DNA of 32,527 bases from Abditibacteriaceae bacterium (GTDB lineage Bacteria; Armatimonadota; Abditibacteriia; Abditibacteriales; Abditibacteriaceae): the NCBI GenBank assembly GCA_031425655.1, contig JANPJS010000227.1:1-32527 (forward strand), in the 5' to 3' direction. Every line of letters begins with the position of its first letter. The stretch's first letter is position 1. The translations under genes were made by a program, and so were the position numbers. This document shows positions 28,279-32,527 of the stretch, piece after piece. Under the pieces are notes generated by a model. It was not told the DNA's origin. It saw nothing but the letters and a program-made list of their open reading frames with translations, and did no database searches.

Positions 28279-28290
28279 GAGTCACCGCCA

Positions 28291-29721
28291 ATGGCAAACG
28301 AATCCAAGAATTTAACCGAGCAACTGCGCGCGGCGCTGCGAGTGCCGGGTGGCGCTGGCGGCGACTTGGCTTTGACCGCCGTTTTGCGCGGCAAGCACCA
28401 CGCCGATATCGCCGAAGCGATGATCGCACTCAGCAATCCTGAAGCTCTGGCGGCTTTCAACTGGCTGGACAACGAGCGCGCCGCTGCGGTTCTGCCCGAA
28501 CTCGAACCCGACACGCGCGGTTATCTGATTGACAACGCTCCGGCGGGACGCATCGCCGATTTGCTCGATTTGCTGCCGATGGACGACGCCGCCGATGTCG
28601 TCGCCGAAGCCGCCGAAGACGACCCCGAACAAGCCGAAGAACTGCTCGATGAATTGGCCGAACGCTCGCCCGAAGACGCCGCCGAAGTGCGCGAGCTGCT
28701 CGACTACAAAGAAAACACCGCCGGTCGCCTGATGACCGACAATTTCGTGCGCCTGCTGCCCGATATGTCGGTCGAAGAAGCCTTCGCCGCCGTGCGCAGC
28801 GCCGATCCGGAAGTCGAAACGCTGACTGAGCTTTACGTCGTGGATATCCTCGATTTCGGCTCGCTGACGCGCCCTCAGCAAAATGAGCATTTGTTAGGCG
28901 TAATTCCTTTGCGCCGCCTTGTCAATGCCCGCGCCGACCAAAAAGTGCGCGACATTATGATCGCCGAGCCGCTCACGGTTTCCGTTGATACCGATCAGGA
29001 AGAAGTAGCGCGCATTTTCTCGAAATATTCGTTTTTGGCGGTGCCGGTTTTAGACCGCAAAGGCACCTTCGCCGGCATCATCACGATGGACGACATTCTG
29101 CACGTTTTGCAGGAAGAGCAAAGCGAAGATGTGCTGGCTTTGGGCGCCGTCTCATCGGCGGACGTGGAAACGCCGTATCTTTCGCAAAACGTGGCGGATA
29201 CGGTCAAACAGCGCTTCGGATGGCTGCTTTTGCTGTTCGTGGCTTCGATGTTTACCGGAACCGTTTCGCGTCACTTTGAAACTTTGGTGGACAAGGTAGC
29301 CGTGCTCTCGACGTTTATCCCGTTGCTTATCGGCACGGGTGGCAACGCCGGTTCGCAGGCCGTCATGACCGTCACGCGCGCTTTGGCGTTGGGCGAAATC
29401 AATTTCAAGGATTTGCTGCGCGTTTTGTGGCGCGAGACGCGCACCGGCATCACATTGGGAGGCGTGCTGGCCTTAGTCGGTTACTTTTTCGTGCTTATCG
29501 GCTGGCGCGAAAGCGCGGCGCTTTCCCTTGTCATCGCGCTGTCGCTGATTACGATTGTGCTGTGGGCCAGCATTGTCGGCTCGATGCTGCCGCTGATCGC
29601 CAAGCGTTTGGGTTTCGACCCCGCAGTGATGAGCGCACCTTTCATTTCGACTTTCGTAGACGCGACGGGCCTGTTTTTCTACTTCACTATCGCGCGTTCC
29701 ATCCTGCCGCAGTTGCGTTGA
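28291..29721 (+). CDS. mgtE: Magnesium transporter MgtE
   Basis: Acidic N-domain, TAGRLMT CBS pair, IPLLIGTGGNAGSQ and DPAVMSAPFISTFVD; start at ATG 28291. Confidence 0.95.
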   Translation: MANESKNLTEQLRAALRVPGGAGGDLALTAVLRGKHHADIAEAMIALSNPEALAAFNWLDNERAAAVLPELEPDTRGYLIDNAPAGRIADLLDLLPMDDAADVVAEAAEDDPEQAEELLDELAERSPEDAAEVRELLDYKENTAGRLMTDNFVRLLPDMSVEEAFAAVRSADPEVETLTELYVVDILDFGSLTRPQQNEHLLGVIPLRRLVNARADQKVRDIMIAEPLTVSVDTDQEEVARIFSKYSFLAVPVLDRKGTFAGIITMDDILHVLQEEQSEDVLALGAVSSADVETPYLSQNVADTVKQRFGWLLLLFVASMFTGTVSRHFETLVDKVAVLSTFIPLLIGTGGNAGSQAVMTVTRALALGEINFKDLLRVLWRETRTGITLGGVLALVGYFFVLIGWRESAALSLVIALSLITIVLWASIVGSMLPLIAKRLGFDPAVMSAPFISTFVDATGLFFYFTIARSILPQLR

Positions 29722-29768
29722 ACACGAACCAAAAAGCGCCCCGTCCAAATTCGGACGGGGCGCTTTTT
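29702..29768 (+). repeat. Direct repeat copy 1 (mgtE 3' end, stop codon and terminator)
   Basis: 62/67 identical to 30242-30308; contains aaaaagcgccccgtcc/ggacggggcgcttttt hairpin. Confidence 0.9.
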
Positions 29769-29844
29769 AATGAGAAATAATTGTTCGATATAGTCTTCTA
29801 TATAGCTTTCTGTGCATAGATTTGCTGTGTGCGATACTTTTTGA

Positions 29845-30204
29845 ATGCGAGAATTATCCGACCTGTATAACACCTTAGCGAACTATGGAGATGATTCAGA
29901 ACTTGAAATCACTCGATTTGCAGAGGACGAGCTGGTTTTATTGCTGACTCTTGATGTTGCAAACGGAGAAAAATACAGCATCACGCTGTCCCATGTCGGT
30001 CATATCGATATTGCGCCTCACATCTGTTTAGGTAGCGTCGTATTTGGCAGTTTGGAGTTGCTGCCTGATAATTACTTAGACACCCGATGGGATTGTTGGC
30101 AAAGTGAGAGCAACCTGAGAGTTGCTAAGATCACGAGCGACGACCACTTGCATTATTTCGTTATTTACAATGGCGAAGAAACAGTTGAGCCTCAAATAGA
30201 GTAA
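29845..30204 (+). CDS. AT-rich acidic hypothetical protein, probably horizontally acquired
   Basis: 119 aa ORF with clearly AT-shifted codons, located between the two direct repeats. Confidence 0.7.
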   Translation: MRELSDLYNTLANYGDDSELEITRFAEDELVLLLTLDVANGEKYSITLSHVGHIDIAPHICLGSVVFGSLELLPDNYLDTRWDCWQSESNLRVAKITSDDHLHYFVIYNGEETVEPQIE

Positions 30205-30241
30205 GCCAAAGAGTCCAAACAACAAGCTAACTGGCGCTGCT

Positions 30242-30308
30242 TCCTGCCGCAGTTGCGTTGAACGCGAACCGAAAAGCGCCCCGTCCAAATCTGGACGAGG
30301 CGCTTTTT
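30242..30308 (+). repeat. Direct repeat copy 2, probably acting as bidirectional terminator
   Basis: Offset exactly 540 bp from copy 1; hairpin with A and T tails between convergent genes. Confidence 0.9.
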
Positions 30309-30319
30309 TGTATCGAATT

Positions 30320-31117
30320 TCAATGTCCGTCTTGCGATTTTGCTTGTGGTTTCGATAGCTCGGCGACGGGGCGCGTGGAAAAGCGCGGGCGTTCGGTGAG
30401 CAATTTCGATTCGCCGTCGAAAAATGCCGTTGTATCGTTGCGGTGAAACTGCAGGGCGTAGGCAAGGCGCGGCTCGTCGGTGAAGTTGGGGCCGGAGCCG
30501 TGCAGCGTCAGGCGCGAAAACGCGATGGCATCGCCCGCGCGCATTCGCACCGGCAAAAAGCGGTCGGGTTCGCGCGCCACGGTGCGATGGCCGTCGCCGT
30601 CGGGGTTTTCAATCGAGTCAATGGTGCCGTTCAGATGCGAGCGCGGCACCACTTGCAAACAGCCGTTTTCCGGCGACATCGGCGAAAGCGCGCACCAGAT
30701 ATTAATCGAATGTCCTTCGTGGCGCGTGTATTGATTGTCCTGATGAAAATGGAAGCGCCCGCCGCCGCCGCCGCTTTTCACCGCCGTGAAAGGCATATAA
30801 AGCGAACTTGGCCCGCCCAAAAGCTGTGCGGCGACTTCGAGCAGTTGCGGGCTGTTGATAAACGCATCGAGAGGGCTGCCGGCCAAATACTGCCCGCTTT
30901 GAATCAGCTTGTGCTTGGTTGCGGTGGCGTGGCGCAGGCTTTCGAGCGAAGCGCCCGCCGAGGCCATGACATCCAACACGTCGGCGCGCAGGGCTTCGAC
31001 GAAATCATCGCCCAGCAAGCCGGGAATCACGAGATAGCCTTCGTCTTTGTAGAAGCGGATTTCGCCATCGCTGAGTTGCAACTGTTGCACCACGGGCGCG
31101 GTCAGCAGATCAGACAT
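30320..31117 (-). CDS. Phytanoyl-CoA dioxygenase (PhyH) family 2OG-Fe(II) oxygenase
   Basis: FYKDEGYLVI, FHQD (HxD), ENGCLQVVPRSH and LHGSGPN motifs; AGGAG before ATG 31117. Confidence 0.9.
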   Translation of the reverse strand: MSDLLTAPVVQQLQLSDGEIRFYKDEGYLVIPGLLGDDFVEALRADVLDVMASAGASLESLRHATATKHKLIQSGQYLAGSPLDAFINSPQLLEVAAQLLGGPSSLYMPFTAVKSGGGGGRFHFHQDNQYTRHEGHSINIWCALSPMSPENGCLQVVPRSHLNGTIDSIENPDGDGHRTVAREPDRFLPVRMRAGDAIAFSRLTLHGSGPNFTDEPRLAYALQFHRNDTTAFFDGESKLLTERPRFSTRPVAELSKPQAKSQDGH

Positions 31118-31146
31118 GAAAATCTCCTTGTAATGTGAACACAACT

Positions 31147-31350
31147 TCAGTTTTTGCTGGTGACGACCATGAGAATGAAAGTTGCAACGCCCGCCAGCAG
31201 AATGCGCAGAAACGGCAGGGGAATGAGAGCCATGCTCACGATGCACAAAATCAGTGTGATGCCGCCCCACATAAACCCCGATTTCTGATCTTCTTCGGCA
31301 ACGCGCGACATACCAATGCACGCCGCAACCACGAGTATCAATTCAAACAT
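31147..31350 (-). CDS. Small membrane protein
   Basis: 67 aa with about three hydrophobic segments, in line with neighbouring genes. Confidence 0.65.
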   Translation of the reverse strand: MFELILVVAACIGMSRVAEEDQKSGFMWGGITLILCIVSMALIPLPFLRILLAGVATFILMVVTSKN

Positions 31351-31359
31351 GGTTGCCTT

Positions 31360-32127
31360 TTAGAAACTGATTTTGTAAACGAATCGCAAGCCGTAAAGCA
31401 CCGTCATGGTGACCACTCCGGCCACGGCGCAGCCGCTGATGCCCTGCCAGATCGAATGCCGTCCGCGCGTGACGCGCGCCCACATCAGCGCGGGAATCAG
31501 CAGCAGCAACTGCCACTTCGGGATGCCGGGAATGAGGAACAGCGAAGCAAAAACCGTGGCGGAAAGCACGGCGACGTGGATAGAAATCTTCCAGAACGTG
31601 GTAATCCATAGCATGATAACGCCATTGACCGACAAAACCACGCCCAAGGCCCAGATTGGCTGCGCGGCGCCGAACAATTTCATGGCCAGCGCGCCTAAGG
31701 CCGAGGAAAAAATCGCCACCAAAAACGGCCCGCCGCGCTGCTCGCGCTCCATGACGTGAACGTCGCTGATTTTTCCGGCCAGCACTTGCCAGACGACATA
31801 AAGGGCCGGCACTCCGGTGGAAAAAAAGATGCTCATCAAAGTCCAGCGCCACAGGGCGCCGCGTGCCAGTTCCTGCGAAGCCACGATGCCGACGGTGCCG
31901 ATAGGAATGACGAGATACGGCGAAAGCACGGCGGAAAGCGCGAACGCCGCGCCGTGGTAGACACGAAGCAGAGGATTCATCGGAACGGGCACGGCTGCGG
32001 GAATCTCCGGCGGCAGCGTTTCCGGCATTTCTGCGGGCGATGCGCCAAGCGCATCGGCGGCTGAGTCGTTAATTGCCGAGTCAGCGGACGGAGTTGGCGA
32101 GGATTGAGGCGGTAAAACCGGTTCCAT
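31360..32127 (-). CDS. PAP2-related membrane protein
   Basis: WKISIH and WARVTRGRH motifs; multiple TM segments. Confidence 0.7.
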   Translation of the reverse strand: MEPVLPPQSSPTPSADSAINDSAADALGASPAEMPETLPPEIPAAVPVPMNPLLRVYHGAAFALSAVLSPYLVIPIGTVGIVASQELARGALWRWTLMSIFFSTGVPALYVVWQVLAGKISDVHVMEREQRGGPFLVAIFSSALGALAMKLFGAAQPIWALGVVLSVNGVIMLWITTFWKISIHVAVLSATVFASLFLIPGIPKWQLLLLIPALMWARVTRGRHSIWQGISGCAVAGVVTMTVLYGLRFVYKISF

Positions 32128-32294
32128 TATAATGAGGTGTGAGATTTGCTCACGGACGCTTTCCCGTTTAAAATCTCAAATGGCAATTTACGCGCATGGG
32201 AAATCGAAGAAAGTCTGTGACAAGTGGCGCTGAGTGTAGCGAGTGTTGAACAAGGCTGTCAAAACAGCGTTTTGAATGCCAACAGGCGCACTTC

Positions 32295-32336
32295 GAGTGA
32301 AAAGTGATGAGTGATGAGTGAAAATTGACGAGTGAG
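32295..32336 (+). repeat. Heptamer tandem repeat
   Basis: gagtgaa aagtgat gagtgat gagtgaa aattgac gagtgag. Confidence 0.6.
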
Positions 32337-32423
32337 TGCGGTATCACAATGTAGGGGCGCAACAGGGCAATCGCATAGTCATCAAGCTAAGCAACTTTGG
32401 AGGCAAATTGGAGCCAGAGAGTG

Positions 32424-32527
32424 TGTCATTCCGAGCGGAGTTGGGCCGAAACGCAGTCCGGGAACCCGCTTGCGGGTGGGACAACGCAGTCGAGGAATCT
32501 TTTACCAACGGGGCCGCAGAAAAGATT
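32424..32527. repeat. Left arm of TGTCATTCCGAGC...GAGGAATCT-type palindromic element, truncated by window edge
   Basis: tgtcattccgagcg...gtcgaggaatctttt, with the complementary aaaagatt starting at the window end. Confidence 0.55.

Noticed and set aside
28201..28290. N-terminal extension of MgtE
   Set aside because: It is the translation of the inverted repeat (FIPHPSALIP); ATG 28291 is more plausible
28092..28290. M-box riboswitch or MgtL-like leader peptide
   Set aside because: I could not recognise an M-box consensus or a Pro-rich ORF with a start codon
31118..31321. N-terminal extension of the PhyH ORF
   Set aside because: It overlaps the small membrane gene; the RBS supports ATG 31117
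32128..32423. tRNA, ncRNA or small gene in the final intergenic region
   Set aside because: No cloverleaf or recognisable RNA motif; the 64-aa ORF is mostly heptamer repeat

Overview
A GC-rich bacterial chromosomal window with about 30 protein-coding genes. The gene content resembles Armatimonadota/Abditibacteriota, but that assignment is inference. I see no rRNA, tRNA, CRISPR array, integrase or transposase. Recognisable core genes are rsmD, argH and mgtE, alongside metabolic genes (aldo/keto reductase, DUF1080 hydrolase, alpha/beta hydrolase, D-2-hydroxyacid dehydrogenase, PhyH dioxygenase). The window also holds a DUF2975 + HTH regulator pair, a large TPR protein, two tandem paralogous large membrane proteins and a substrate-binding/OmpA fusion with no transporter partners. 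The most unusual features are: (1) a degenerate 21-bp-period repeat array (~16089-16380) ending just before a consensus sigma70 promoter and a ~300-nt structured leader; (2) an AT-rich orphan gene bracketed by a 67-bp duplication of the mgtE 3' end plus its terminator; (3) a renalase-like/SPFH/NAD-kinase-like operon interrupted by a small-protein + nucleotidyltransferase pair; (4) at least six families of miniature palindromic intergenic elements. Several ORF-track starts were moved to more plausible downstream ATGs.
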